Shown here: in pieces, positions 18,468 to 26,917 of the stretch | Position numbering within the stretch: the first letter of the stretch is position 1 | Layout: every line of letters starts with the position of its first letter | Origin: Bacteroidota bacterium | Lineage (GTDB): Bacteria > Bacteroidota > Bacteroidia > Flavobacteriales > Flavobacteriaceae | DNA length: 47,769 nt | Direction of reading: 5' to 3' | Assembly (NCBI GenBank): GCA_039804445.1 | Contig: JBDLWE010000022.1 | Span: 1 to 47,769 of the forward strand | The notes under the pieces: generated by a model | The model's input: only the letters and a program-made list of their open reading frames with translations | The model's database searches: none | Told to the model about the DNA's origin: nothing | Made by a program: the position numbers and the translations under genes

Positions 18468-18700
18468 CCCCGCTCCCGCTCGAATTCTTTCGCGTGGTTT
18501 CTTTGTCCTAGTTTAAAATATTGAAATACAACAAAATTATCTAAAACACCTTTTTGTCCTGCATAATCCGAAGCACTGCTGTATTTATTATCTTCAGGTC
18601 TAAAAACAAAACCTTCTTCAACAGGAGTTTTTGTAAAGTTAAAAATTTTATTCTAACAACAAAAGCACGCGAAGGGATTCGTGCGGGAGCATGTAGCGGG
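18468..18700 (-). mobile_element. Internally deleted REP-associated tyrosine transposase (RAYT) remnant between inverted REP-like repeats
   Basis: 18625 to ~18509 (-) reads PVEEGFVFRPEDNKYSSASDYAGQKGVLDNFVVFQYFKL, matching the RAYT C-terminal (N)PV..G.V..PED..YSSA.DY motif. Flanks: CCACGCGAAAGAATTCGAGCGGGAGC (-, 18472-18497) and GCACGCGAAGGGATTCGTGCGGGAGC (+, 18665-18690). Confidence 0.7.
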
Positions 18701-18766
18701 GCCTTGTGGGCGCGGGTATGCTATTAATTCCAAAAAAAATATAATAAAAAATACATCATTTTTAAT

Positions 18767-18774
18767 TATATTTG
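18767..18774 (+). promoter_or_regulatory. -7 promoter for the TA pair
   Basis: TATATTTG 24 nt before ATG 18799. Confidence 0.55.
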
Positions 18775-18798
18775 TAGTATTAAATAATATAGTCTCAT

Positions 18799-19035
18799 AT
18801 GTACACAACTTATCATTTATCATCAGCACAAGAAGTAAATTCGGATATTTTAGATGCTATTAAAGTAGCTTTTAAATCAAGACCTATAGTAATAACCATA
18901 GAGGAAGAAGAACAAGATTTTGAGATTTCTCAAGAAATGAAAAACATTCTAGACGAAAGATTATTAGAAGACGAGAGCGATTACATAACTGCCGATGAGT
19001 CTATCAAGCAATTGAAAGATAAATATGGTTTATAA
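18799..19035 (+). CDS. Putative antitoxin (addiction-module-like, acidic)
   Basis: 78 aa, acidic, SQEMKNILDERL segment; overlaps the downstream RelE/ParE gene by 11 nt. Confidence 0.7.
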   Translation: MYTTYHLSSAQEVNSDILDAIKVAFKSRPIVITIEEEEQDFEISQEMKNILDERLLEDESDYITADESIKQLKDKYGL

Positions 19036-19321
19036 CCTTATAGTATCGCCTCGTGCTCAAAAAGAAATCGAAAAAGCAATCGATAGTTATATTCCTAATT
19101 ATGCTGATATTCCTAATAATTTTGTAATTCAGTTGGTAAGTGTATTGAACACCCTAAAAATAAACCCTTTTTTTAGAATTCGCTATAAAAATGTTCGGTC
19201 GCTAAAACTCAAAAAATATCCTTATTCGTTGTATTTTGTAGTTAACGAAAACCGTAATGTTGTTAAAATTATATCGTGTTTTCACAATAAACTAAATCCT
19301 GAGAAACAGCCTAAGTTTTGA
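19025..19321 (+). CDS. RelE/ParE family toxin
   Basis: YNLIVSPRAQKEI start, KKYPYSLYF, IISCFH..NP end. Confidence 0.85.
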   Translation: MVYNLIVSPRAQKEIEKAIDSYIPNYADIPNNFVIQLVSVLNTLKINPFFRIRYKNVRSLKLKKYPYSLYFVVNENRNVVKIISCFHNKLNPEKQPKF

Positions 19322-19328
19322 AATCACC

Positions 19329-19358
19329 AAAAAACGAGCCAATATAGCTCGTTTTTTT
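19329..19358. terminator. Intrinsic terminator after the toxin gene
   Basis: AAAAAACGAGC-caatata-GCTCGTTTTTTT. Confidence 0.8.
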
Positions 19359-19385
19359 GTATACCTATGTCTGCCTTTATTAGTA

Positions 19386-19415
19386 CCACACGAAAGGATT
19401 CGGGCGGTACCGAGG
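19386..19415 (+). repeat. Third copy of the RAYT-associated REP
   Basis: CCACACGAAAGGATTCGGGCGG, same orientation as 18665-18690. Confidence 0.6.
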
Positions 19416-19445
19416 TTTTTCTGCTTTTGCTTGACTTACTTTGTT

Positions 19446-19540
19446 GGCACGGAATGCAATTCCGCGCAATCGTACCGTTGACATGTCCGCGCCATCGGGT
19501 TCCGCGCAATCTAACCGTAGACATATCCGCGTCATCAGGA
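19446..19540 (+). repeat. REP-like hairpin followed by two tandem 40-bp units
   Basis: GGCACGGAATGCAATTCCGCGC; units 19461-19500 and 19501-19540 match at 33/40 positions. Confidence 0.7.
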
Positions 19541-19594
19541 ATTAAACTACGTTATATTGAATTTGGCTTATAAACAGAACTTTTAAGACAGAAT

Positions 19595-20497
19595 TTAACT
19601 ATTCTTCAAATTTATAATTTCCTGCTCGGTTAGCATTCGCCAATTACCTCGTGGCAAATTCTTTTTGGTGAGTCCTGCAAACGAAACTCTATCGATGCGC
19701 AAAACGTCATAGCCAACGTGTTCAAAAATATTGCGAACGACTTTGATGTTTGGCGATTTTATTTTCAATCCGATTTCAGATTTTGACTCGCCTTCAACAT
19801 AAGTTACTTCTTCTACTTGAATGCGGTGGTTGTCGATGGTCAGTCCTTTTTGGATTCTTTCTAAATCTTCAAACTTTAGGTTTTTGTCAAGCGATACTTG
19901 GTATATTTTACTTGATTTTTGGTTTGGCAGCGTGAATTTTCTAATCATATCAGTATCATTAGTAAAAATCAAAAGTCCTGTTGTGTTTTTGTCCATGCGC
20001 CCTATTGCTCCAATTTTGGCGGTGGTTGAGCCACGAACTAGTTCTAGCACATTGCGATATTCTTGGCCTTCGTCGAGTGCGGTTGTGAAATTTTTGGGTT
20101 TGTTGAGCAAAATGTATTCCTTTTTTTCGGGTGTGATGTTTACGCCGTCAAAATTGATTTGGTCTGTAATTTTTACTAAATATCCCATTTCGGTCACGGG
20201 AATTCCGTTTACTTTTACGTTACCCGATTGTATGTAGATGTCTGCATCGCGACGAGAGCATACGCCAGAATTGGCAATGTACTTGTTCAATCGAATTTCG
20301 TCTGAAGCCTTGGTGCGTTTTGGCGCTTGATTTGGTTTTTTGGCTACTTTTTCTGGCTCGACTGCTGCAGATTTTGAGGCTACTTTGGCGTCTGGTTTGG
20401 CAGTTTTGGGTTTTTGCGAGCGTTTTGCCATTGCTGGTTTTGACTTGCTGCTATTTGGGCGTCCGTTGGTGCGGGGCTTATTTGATGAGTTGTTCAT
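19595..20497 (-). CDS. RsuA/RluB-family pseudouridine synthase with S4 domain
   Basis: RLNKYIANSGVCSRRDAD (S4), LLNKPK, GRMDKNTTGLL; ATG 20497 sits below a TACCTTTG promoter at 20522-20515. Confidence 0.92.
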   Translation of the reverse strand: MNNSSNKPRTNGRPNSSKSKPAMAKRSQKPKTAKPDAKVASKSAAVEPEKVAKKPNQAPKRTKASDEIRLNKYIANSGVCSRRDADIYIQSGNVKVNGIPVTEMGYLVKITDQINFDGVNITPEKKEYILLNKPKNFTTALDEGQEYRNVLELVRGSTTAKIGAIGRMDKNTTGLLIFTNDTDMIRKFTLPNQKSSKIYQVSLDKNLKFEDLERIQKGLTIDNHRIQVEEVTYVEGESKSEIGLKIKSPNIKVVRNIFEHVGYDVLRIDRVSFAGLTKKNLPRGNWRMLTEQEIINLKNS

Positions 20498-20644
20498 GGG
20501 TTGCAATATTTTTGCAAAGGTACGGTTTTTTTGGTTGCCACGAATTGCTTCGCCAGTCGCATTTTCAAGCTCTAGTCACAAATTTAATAGCTTAGTAGCT
20601 AGTTTATCCCAAATTACAAAATACGAGTAAACTCAACAGCGAAT

Positions 20645-20671
20645 TTCGCAATGTTCGCAAAGTTCGCAAAG
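20645..20671. repeat. 9-bp tandem repeat x3
   Basis: TTCGCAATG TTCGCAAAG TTCGCAAAG. Confidence 0.6.
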
Positions 20672-20781
20672 TTGTGCTGGTTAATCAAAATATTGTTCAA
20701 ATTTTTTTTAATGGTGATTCCCGGTTTATTTACTGATTGTTACCTTTTTATCTCAGTGATTTTTTTGTTGAGGGTTTTTTA

Positions 20782-20921
20782 GCCCAGATGCAAGGGAAAA
20801 TCCTTTTGTGCGAAAACCGATTTTTTTCTTGACAAAAAGAACGACCAACGGAAGTTCCTTTTTGGCTTAGAAAAAAACGGTTTTCGCACAAAAGATTTGG
20901 AATGGTAGCTGGATTGGCTTC
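20782..20921 (+). repeat. Structured element copy B (long nested-hairpin variant)
   Basis: GCCCAGATG...GAAAATCC, 17-bp perfect stem 20803-20819/20878-20894, ...AGCTGGATTGGCTTC; abuts the ubiA-like stop codon. Confidence 0.75.
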
Positions 20922-21832
20922 TAAAAAAATAAATTTTTGAAATTCAAAATTACTTTTGGATTGATAAGCACAATGCAGAAAACGCCTGTGAGTATCAATG
21001 CTTTTAAGATATTGTGCAGTTTGAGATAGTCGATTTTGGTGGTTGATTGCACAAGTTTTAAGTTCAGGAATATCAGGACTATAAAACAGATATAAAAATA
21101 AATATCCATGTAACCAACGTCAATAACTGTGATTAAAAAATAAACGGGCACGACCGTTAGTGTCGAAAGCACAGCAATTACTGTGGTTGACGTTTTTTCT
21201 GAATAGACAATCGGTATGGTCTGGTAGTCGTTTGCCAAATCGCCAATTTGATTTTCGAGGTCTTTGATAAGTTCGCGAATGAGTATTAACAGAAAAAGAA
21301 ATGTAGCGTGAAAATAGATGGTTTCGTTAAAGTTTTTATAGTACAACAATATTCCGAAAAACGGCAGCACGGCTAGAAATGCTGCCATGAGATTGCCATA
21401 AATAGTCATTTTTTTGACTTTATGAGAATAAAACCATATCAAAAAAATATAGACCGAATAAAATAAAACTGCTCGATACGAGACAAAAAACGCAATTAAA
21501 AACACAAAAAAATTGAGTCCAAAATAGACTTGCAACTTGGTAGCTTGCCGAACAACGCGTTCTAACATTGATTTGTTTGGGCGATTGATAAGATCTTTTT
21601 CGGCATCGTAAAAACTGTTTATAATGTAGCCTGAAGCTATGGTCAACGAGGAAGCAATGACTAGAACAAACAAATTAAAATCAAGAAATGTCGTTAATGC
21701 ACGCTGTTGTGGTGCCAAAATAAAAATGGCCGACAGATATTGTGCCAGTGCAATAACCACAATGTTATAGCCACGAACAACCGAGAATAAACTGAAAAGT
21801 TTGATGAGTATCTGTTTTTTGGTTTCAGACAT
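20921..21832 (-). CDS. UbiA-family prenyltransferase (geranylgeranylglyceryl-phosphate geranylgeranyltransferase-like)
   Basis: GYIINSFYDAEKDLINRP and RELIKDLENQIGD motifs; multiple TM helices. Confidence 0.88.
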   Translation of the reverse strand: MSETKKQILIKLFSLFSVVRGYNIVVIALAQYLSAIFILAPQQRALTTFLDFNLFVLVIASSLTIASGYIINSFYDAEKDLINRPNKSMLERVVRQATKLQVYFGLNFFVFLIAFFVSYRAVLFYSVYIFLIWFYSHKVKKMTIYGNLMAAFLAVLPFFGILLYYKNFNETIYFHATFLFLLILIRELIKDLENQIGDLANDYQTIPIVYSEKTSTTVIAVLSTLTVVPVYFLITVIDVGYMDIYFYICFIVLIFLNLKLVQSTTKIDYLKLHNILKALILTGVFCIVLINPKVILNFKNLFF

Positions 21833-21877
21833 TTATTGTTGCTTTACGGGGAAACCAAGTCTTTGATTATAAAATTT

Positions 21878-22816
21878 TTAGAATTGATAAACCACCTCTA
21901 GCTCGTAGTTCTTTAACGATTTTTTGGCACGGTCAAGGTCCTCGGTAAAACCAAGGATATAACCGCCACCGCCTGAACCACATAATTTTAGGTAATAGTC
22001 GCCCGTGTCAATTCCTTTTTGCCAAATGCCGTGAAACTGCTCAGGAATCATGGGTTTGAAATGATTGAGTGCAATTTTTGAAAGTTGTTTGGTATTTACA
22101 AGCAAAGATTTGAGATCACCACCCAAGAAATTTTCGACACAAAGGTCTGTATATTTTATGAATTGCGATTTTAGCATGGTTCGAAAACCTTGATCTTTCA
22201 GTTTTTCCATAAAAATATTGACCATTGGAGCGGTTTCGCCAACTATGCCAGAGTCTATTAAAAAAACTGCGCCTTTGCCAGTTTGCGATTGGGTCGGAAT
22301 GCCTGTTGCCTCAATATTATCTTTGGAATTTATGAGGATTGGTATGCTCAAATAGCTATTCAAAGGGTCAAGACCCGAACTTTTGCCGTGGAAAAAACTT
22401 TCCATTTGCGAAAAAATATTCTTGAGTTGCAACAGTTTTTCTTTGGTTAGGTTTTCTAAAACCGTAATTTTCTCGATGCTATATTTGTCGTAAATAGCCG
22501 CAACGAGCGCGCCACTACTACCTACGCCGTAGCCTTGCGGAATAGAACTGTCAAAATACATTCCGTTTTGAACGTCGGTTTTTAAGGCATCTATATTAAA
22601 AGTAACAAGTTGTGGTTCCTGGTTTTGCAAATTTTTAAGATAAGCTGCAAACCTGCGTAAATGTCCGTTTGACGATATGGCTTCTGCCGACGGATTTTGA
22701 TCCGTCTTTAGTGCGCCATTGTAAAAATTATAGGGTATTGACAAACCTTTGGAATCTTGAATGATGCCATATTCGCCGAAGAGGAGTATTTTTGAATAAA
22801 AAAGAGGTCCTTTCAT
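21878..22816 (-). CDS. Mevalonate-kinase-family GHMP kinase
   Basis: KILLFGEY, PQGYGVGSSGA, HGKSSGLD, KLCGSGGGG. Confidence 0.9.
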   Translation of the reverse strand: MKGPLFYSKILLFGEYGIIQDSKGLSIPYNFYNGALKTDQNPSAEAISSNGHLRRFAAYLKNLQNQEPQLVTFNIDALKTDVQNGMYFDSSIPQGYGVGSSGALVAAIYDKYSIEKITVLENLTKEKLLQLKNIFSQMESFFHGKSSGLDPLNSYLSIPILINSKDNIEATGIPTQSQTGKGAVFLIDSGIVGETAPMVNIFMEKLKDQGFRTMLKSQFIKYTDLCVENFLGGDLKSLLVNTKQLSKIALNHFKPMIPEQFHGIWQKGIDTGDYYLKLCGSGGGGYILGFTEDLDRAKKSLKNYELEVVYQF

Positions 22817-22828
22817 GTAGGTTTTAAA

Positions 22829-23116
22829 TTAATCTGTAATAGGTTTTTGTCTCGAATCAATTAAGTTTAAAACAATAATATTATGTTTGTCGAACGAATA
22901 TAGTAACGTAGATTGCTTTGTAACCACACATTTTCGAATATCTTAATTATATGACGACGCTGGAAAAATTTCAGGATTGTACGAAATTATTTTTGTTGAT
23001 TGAGCTAGTATTAAAGCAAACTTTTTTCTTGATTTTATTCCGTATTTTGCCTCTATAAAGCTTAAAACTAATTCGATATTTTCTTTTGCTACATCTGTTA
23101 TAACAACGTTTAGCAT
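22829..23116 (-). pseudogene. RelE/ParE family toxin with one in-frame TAA
   Basis: MLNVVITDVAKENIELVLSFIEAKYG...NPEIFPASSYN*DIRKCVVTKQSTLLY...IDSRQKP; TAA at 22945-22943. Confidence 0.8.
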
Positions 23117-23118
23117 AT

Positions 23119-23337
23119 TTATAAATGATTTTCAATAAAAACATTAAAATCTGAGTACTTTCCTTCTCGATATTGTTCCAAAGATAACTCAGTGCTTTGT
23201 TGCTGTTATAGCGTTAACTCATCCCAAAAATCTTCTTTTTGAACTGTAAAAACTTCTTTAACACTTCGCAAAACATCCTTATCATTGGTGTTTGCAATTA
23301 ATTTTATAAGCGCTATTTTCTCTAGTTGGATGTCCAT
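23119..23337 (-). pseudogene. Cognate antitoxin with one in-frame TAA
   Basis: MDIQLEKIALIKLIANTNDKDVLRSVKEVF...DFWDELTL*QQQSTELSLEQYREGK...; TAA at 23208-23206. Confidence 0.75.
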
Positions 23338-23355
23338 TTTTTAAAGTTTTAGAAT

Positions 23356-24450
23356 TTATGATTCGTAAACCATTGCTCCACCACCAATTTCGTCACAAAT
23401 ATAATGACCATTTTGGCAATATCCAACCAACTCATCCTTAATAAATTGCAAAACCTTTTCTTTCTCGCCAAAAGGATATAAAACATGCACGTTTGCACCG
23501 GCATCTAGCGTAAAACAAACATTGGTTTTGGTGGCTGTTCTAAATTTCCAAATGCGATTTATGATTTCTAAAGTGTTGGGCTTCATCAATATAAAGTACG
23601 GAATCGAGGTTTGCATCATGGCATGCAGCGTCAAGGCTTCAGATTCTACAATTTCTATAAACTGCTGCAAATCTCCTGATTGCAAAACATTTTTTAGTTT
23701 CGCTAGATTTTCATGAGCCTGTTCAAAACGCCTTTCGGCAAATGGGTGATTGTGCATCAAATCATGACCAACGGTGCTCGAAACTGTTTTTTCGCCTTTA
23801 TCGACCAACAAAATTGTGTCTTGAAAATTCATAAAATTCTCATGAGTTTTGTCATCAAATTCTACACCAAACAAATCCGAGCTATTTTCAAAACTTTTAT
23901 TCTTGCCCCAAACCACAATTTTGCCAAGAACGCTTCGGCAAGCACTTCCCGACCCAAGTCTTGCTAAAAAAGATGCTTTTTTATTCAAAAAATCAGTGTC
24001 AATTTCTGGATATAATATTTTTTCAAGCTGCATTATCGCCACCGACAAAGCCGCCATCCCTGATGCCGATGATGCAATTCCAGAGCTGTGCGGAAACGTG
24101 TTTTGGGTGTCTATCAGCAAACGATATTGCTTTAAGTAAGGACAAAATTTTTCTATTCTCTGTAAAAATTTTTCAATTTTCGGGCGAAAGTCTAGTTTTG
24201 GTTGTCCTTCAAAAAACAAATCAAATTCAAAATCTGTAACTTTGGTTTTTGGTTTAAAACCTAAAGTCGTAGATGTTTTGCAATTTTTTAGCGTAAAACT
24301 AATCGAAGGATTTGCAGGAATTTGGTCTGAAACACCTGCTTTTTTTCCCCAATATTTTACTAGCGCAATATTGCTAGGCGCAGACACTTTAATGCTTCCA
24401 GCTTTTATCTCGACTATTTTTCCGGAACATAAAAAATCGATTTCGGTCAT
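23356..24450 (-). CDS. mvaD: Diphosphomevalonate decarboxylase
   Basis: APSNIALVKYWGK, GIASSASG, ARLGSGSACRS, FTLDAGANVH; ATG 24450 sits below a TATCTTTG promoter (24472-24465). Confidence 0.92.
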   Translation of the reverse strand: MTEIDFLCSGKIVEIKAGSIKVSAPSNIALVKYWGKKAGVSDQIPANPSISFTLKNCKTSTTLGFKPKTKVTDFEFDLFFEGQPKLDFRPKIEKFLQRIEKFCPYLKQYRLLIDTQNTFPHSSGIASSASGMAALSVAIMQLEKILYPEIDTDFLNKKASFLARLGSGSACRSVLGKIVVWGKNKSFENSSDLFGVEFDDKTHENFMNFQDTILLVDKGEKTVSSTVGHDLMHNHPFAERRFEQAHENLAKLKNVLQSGDLQQFIEIVESEALTLHAMMQTSIPYFILMKPNTLEIINRIWKFRTATKTNVCFTLDAGANVHVLYPFGEKEKVLQFIKDELVGYCQNGHYICDEIGGGAMVYES

Positions 24451-24538
24451 TTCAAAATTTTTTGCAAAGATACAAATTTCTAAAATCAAATTTATTTTGG
24501 TTGTCGATTTATCGTAACTTTGAATTAAATTAAAAAAA

Positions 24539-25015
24539 ATGAACAAATATCTCAAAATTACAATCTGCGTCGCAATTTGCCTTTTTCTCGGTTTCGGCTC
24601 TGGTCAAGTCACCAAAACCAGTCTACTAACGTGGTATCCAATGCTCATAAAACCAAGTTTCAATCCGCCAAATTGGGCATTTCCTGTGGCCTGGACAGCC
24701 CTTTTTGTCATGATGGGTATTGCAGCAGGACTCGTTTGGTCAAAAATAAATAACAAACCCACCGAAGTAAAAAAAGCATTACTTTTTTTTGGAATTCAAT
24801 TGGTTTTAAACGCATTATGGTCAATCCTTTTTTTCGGACTTAAAAACCCGTTTTTAGCCCTAATCGAAATAATAGTGCTGTGGCTCATGATTTACGAAAC
24901 GTTCATCAAATTTGTAAAAATCGACCGCATTGCAGGCAATTTTCTCATTCCATATTTGCTGTGGGTCGGCTTTGCAACCATACTTAACGGCAGCATTTGG
25001 TGGCTAAACAGATAG
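24539..25015 (+). CDS. tspO: TspO/MBR tryptophan-rich sensory protein
   Basis: WY..LIKPSFNPPNWAFP..W, LNALWSILFFG, PYLLWVGFA; TAACTTTG promoter at 24515. Confidence 0.95.
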   Translation: MNKYLKITICVAICLFLGFGSGQVTKTSLLTWYPMLIKPSFNPPNWAFPVAWTALFVMMGIAAGLVWSKINNKPTEVKKALLFFGIQLVLNALWSILFFGLKNPFLALIEIIVLWLMIYETFIKFVKIDRIAGNFLIPYLLWVGFATILNGSIWWLNR

Positions 25016-25063
25016 ATTTCAATGATTTTGGGGTTGCATTATTTCATCTGAAAAAGACGAAAT

Positions 25064-25163
25064 AACGCCGGGCTATCGGCTATATCTTTTTAGAAAATTG
25101 CCCAATGCAGGCACTGTTCAGGGGGCAATTTCTTAAAAAGGATACCGCCTTTATCCCTAACCC
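25064..25163 (-). repeat. Structured element copy C
   Basis: Minus strand: GTTAGGGATAAAGGCGGTATCC-TTTTT..AAATTGCCC..GGGCAATTT..AAAAA-GATATAGCCGATAGCCCG. Confidence 0.78.
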
Positions 25164-25305
25164 AATCCACCGACACAAAAAAATAATTTTCAATCAATAG
25201 TTAAAATTTTTAACAAAATTATTTATAATCATTAAAAATTAAGATTTTCCGTTCAAAAAACGATAGTTAACAGTCAATTTTGTTTCATTTTTCGATACCT
25301 CGAAC

Positions 25306-25313
25306 TATCTTTG
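25306..25313 (+). promoter_or_regulatory. -7 promoter of the nuo operon
   Basis: TATCTTTG 27 nt before the nuoA ATG. Confidence 0.65.
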
Positions 25314-25340
25314 TATCAAATTTTTTAACAACTATTTTCA

Positions 25341-25706
25341 ATGCAAACCACTCAAATCGATTATCTACCAATTCTGATTCAATTTATACTAGCCGTCGGA
25401 TTTGTAGTTGGCACCATAATCATTTCAGGAAAACTTGGCCCAAGAAGACTATCAGAAGTAAAAGACAAAAATTTTGAGTGCGGAATCGAATCAATCGGTA
25501 ATGCGCGTGTACCCTTTTCGGTAAAATATTTTTTGGTTGCCATCTTGTTTGTTTTGTTTGATATCGAGGTAATTTTCTTATATCCATGGGCAATCAATTT
25601 CAGAGAGTTAGGACTTGAAGGTCTTGCCAAAATGATGATTTTCATGGCGTTACTACTTGTAGGGTTTTTCTATATTATTAAAAAAAGAGCCCTAGAGTGG
25701 GAATAA
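25341..25706 (+). CDS. nuoA: NADH-quinone oxidoreductase subunit A
   Basis: FECG, LFVLFDIEVIFLYPWA, ALEWE. Confidence 0.96.
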   Translation: MQTTQIDYLPILIQFILAVGFVVGTIIISGKLGPRRLSEVKDKNFECGIESIGNARVPFSVKYFLVAILFVLFDIEVIFLYPWAINFRELGLEGLAKMMIFMALLLVGFFYIIKKRALEWE

Positions 25707-25755
25707 CAATTGTTGTACAAATAATAAGTTTCACAATTATAAGCATACCATATTA

Positions 25756-26304
25756 ATGACTGATTCAAAAACACAAATGGTTGCGCCACCAGAAGGCGTG
25801 GTTGGCGAAGGTTTTTTTGCTACAAAACTTAACGACGTTGTAGGCATGGCTCGAGCCAATTCACTGTGGCCATTGCCTTTTGCAACTTCTTGCTGCGGTA
25901 TAGAGTTCATGGCAACCATGGCATCTCATTATGATTTGGCACGTTTTGGTTCAGAACGTGTAAGTTTTTCGCCTCGCCAAGCAGATATGCTCATGGTCAT
26001 GGGAACGATCTCCAAAAAAATGGGACCTGTTCTACGCCAAGTTTATGAGCAAATGTCCGAGCCTCGTTGGGTTATAGCCGTAGGTGCTTGCGCAAGTTCA
26101 GGCGGAATTTTTGACACCTACTCTGTTCTGCAAGGCATAGACAAGGTTATTCCTGTAGACGTATATGTGCCAGGTTGCCCACCGCGTCCTGAACAGATTG
26201 TCGATGGTGTCATGAAACTGCAAGACCTGGTTCGGTCAGAATCGGTCCGACGACGAAGCTCACCAGAATATCAAGAGTTGTTGGCATCATACAACATTCA
26301 ATAA
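25756..26304 (+). CDS. nuoB: NADH-quinone oxidoreductase subunit B
   Basis: SCCGIE, SPRQAD, GACASSGG, PGCPPRPE. Confidence 0.97.
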   Translation: MTDSKTQMVAPPEGVVGEGFFATKLNDVVGMARANSLWPLPFATSCCGIEFMATMASHYDLARFGSERVSFSPRQADMLMVMGTISKKMGPVLRQVYEQMSEPRWVIAVGACASSGGIFDTYSVLQGIDKVIPVDVYVPGCPPRPEQIVDGVMKLQDLVRSESVRRRSSPEYQELLASYNIQ

Positions 26305-26339
26305 TTATTGCAATTTTCAAAAGAAATTCTTTTACAATC

Positions 26340-26861
26340 ATGGCATTAGAAAATTCAATCATACAAGAAAATTTAGTTGGTGCATTTGGCACAAAGGTTT
26401 TTAACTTTCAGCAAGAAAAAGACATTTTCTCGTTTGAAATAAATCCTGACGATAACACAGCCGTGGTTTTGTTCTTGAAAAACAGTCCCGAACTTAATTT
26501 TCATTTCCTAACCGACTTGTGTGCCATTCACTATCCTGATAACGACGATGAGCATCAATTTGCAATCGTGGTTCACATGCACAATTGGGTTGAAAACAAA
26601 CGCATAAAATTGAAAGCCTATCTGCCACGAGAAAATCCATCGATCAAAACATTATCCAAAATATTTGCATGCACCAACTGGATGGAGCGTGAATGTTTTG
26701 ATTTTTATGGAATTGATTTCGTAGGTCATCCACAACTGAAACGCATTTTAAATATGGACGAGATGATATCATTCCCGATGCGAAAAGAATTCCCGATGGA
26801 AGATAGCGGTCGCACCGATAAAGACGATCGTTTTTTTGGACGAACGTATATCAATAATTAG
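26340..26861 (+). CDS. nuoC: NADH-quinone oxidoreductase subunit C
   Basis: NWMERECFDFYGIDFVGHP, PMRKEFP. Confidence 0.95.
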   Translation: MALENSIIQENLVGAFGTKVFNFQQEKDIFSFEINPDDNTAVVLFLKNSPELNFHFLTDLCAIHYPDNDDEHQFAIVVHMHNWVENKRIKLKAYLPRENPSIKTLSKIFACTNWMERECFDFYGIDFVGHPQLKRILNMDEMISFPMRKEFPMEDSGRTDKDDRFFGRTYINN

Positions 26862-26917
26862 TCGTCGCAATTTAAAGACCGATTAGTAATACAATATAAA
26901 TTTTTAACGAGTTAAAA

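Noticed and set aside
19461-19540. Mini CRISPR array
   Set aside because: Only two adjacent units, similar along their whole length, with no unique spacers and no cas genes.
18681-19573. ORFs 18681..18863, 19324..19524 and 19367..19573 as real genes
   Set aside because: They are open only because they cross GC-rich REP and tandem-repeat DNA; no protein features.
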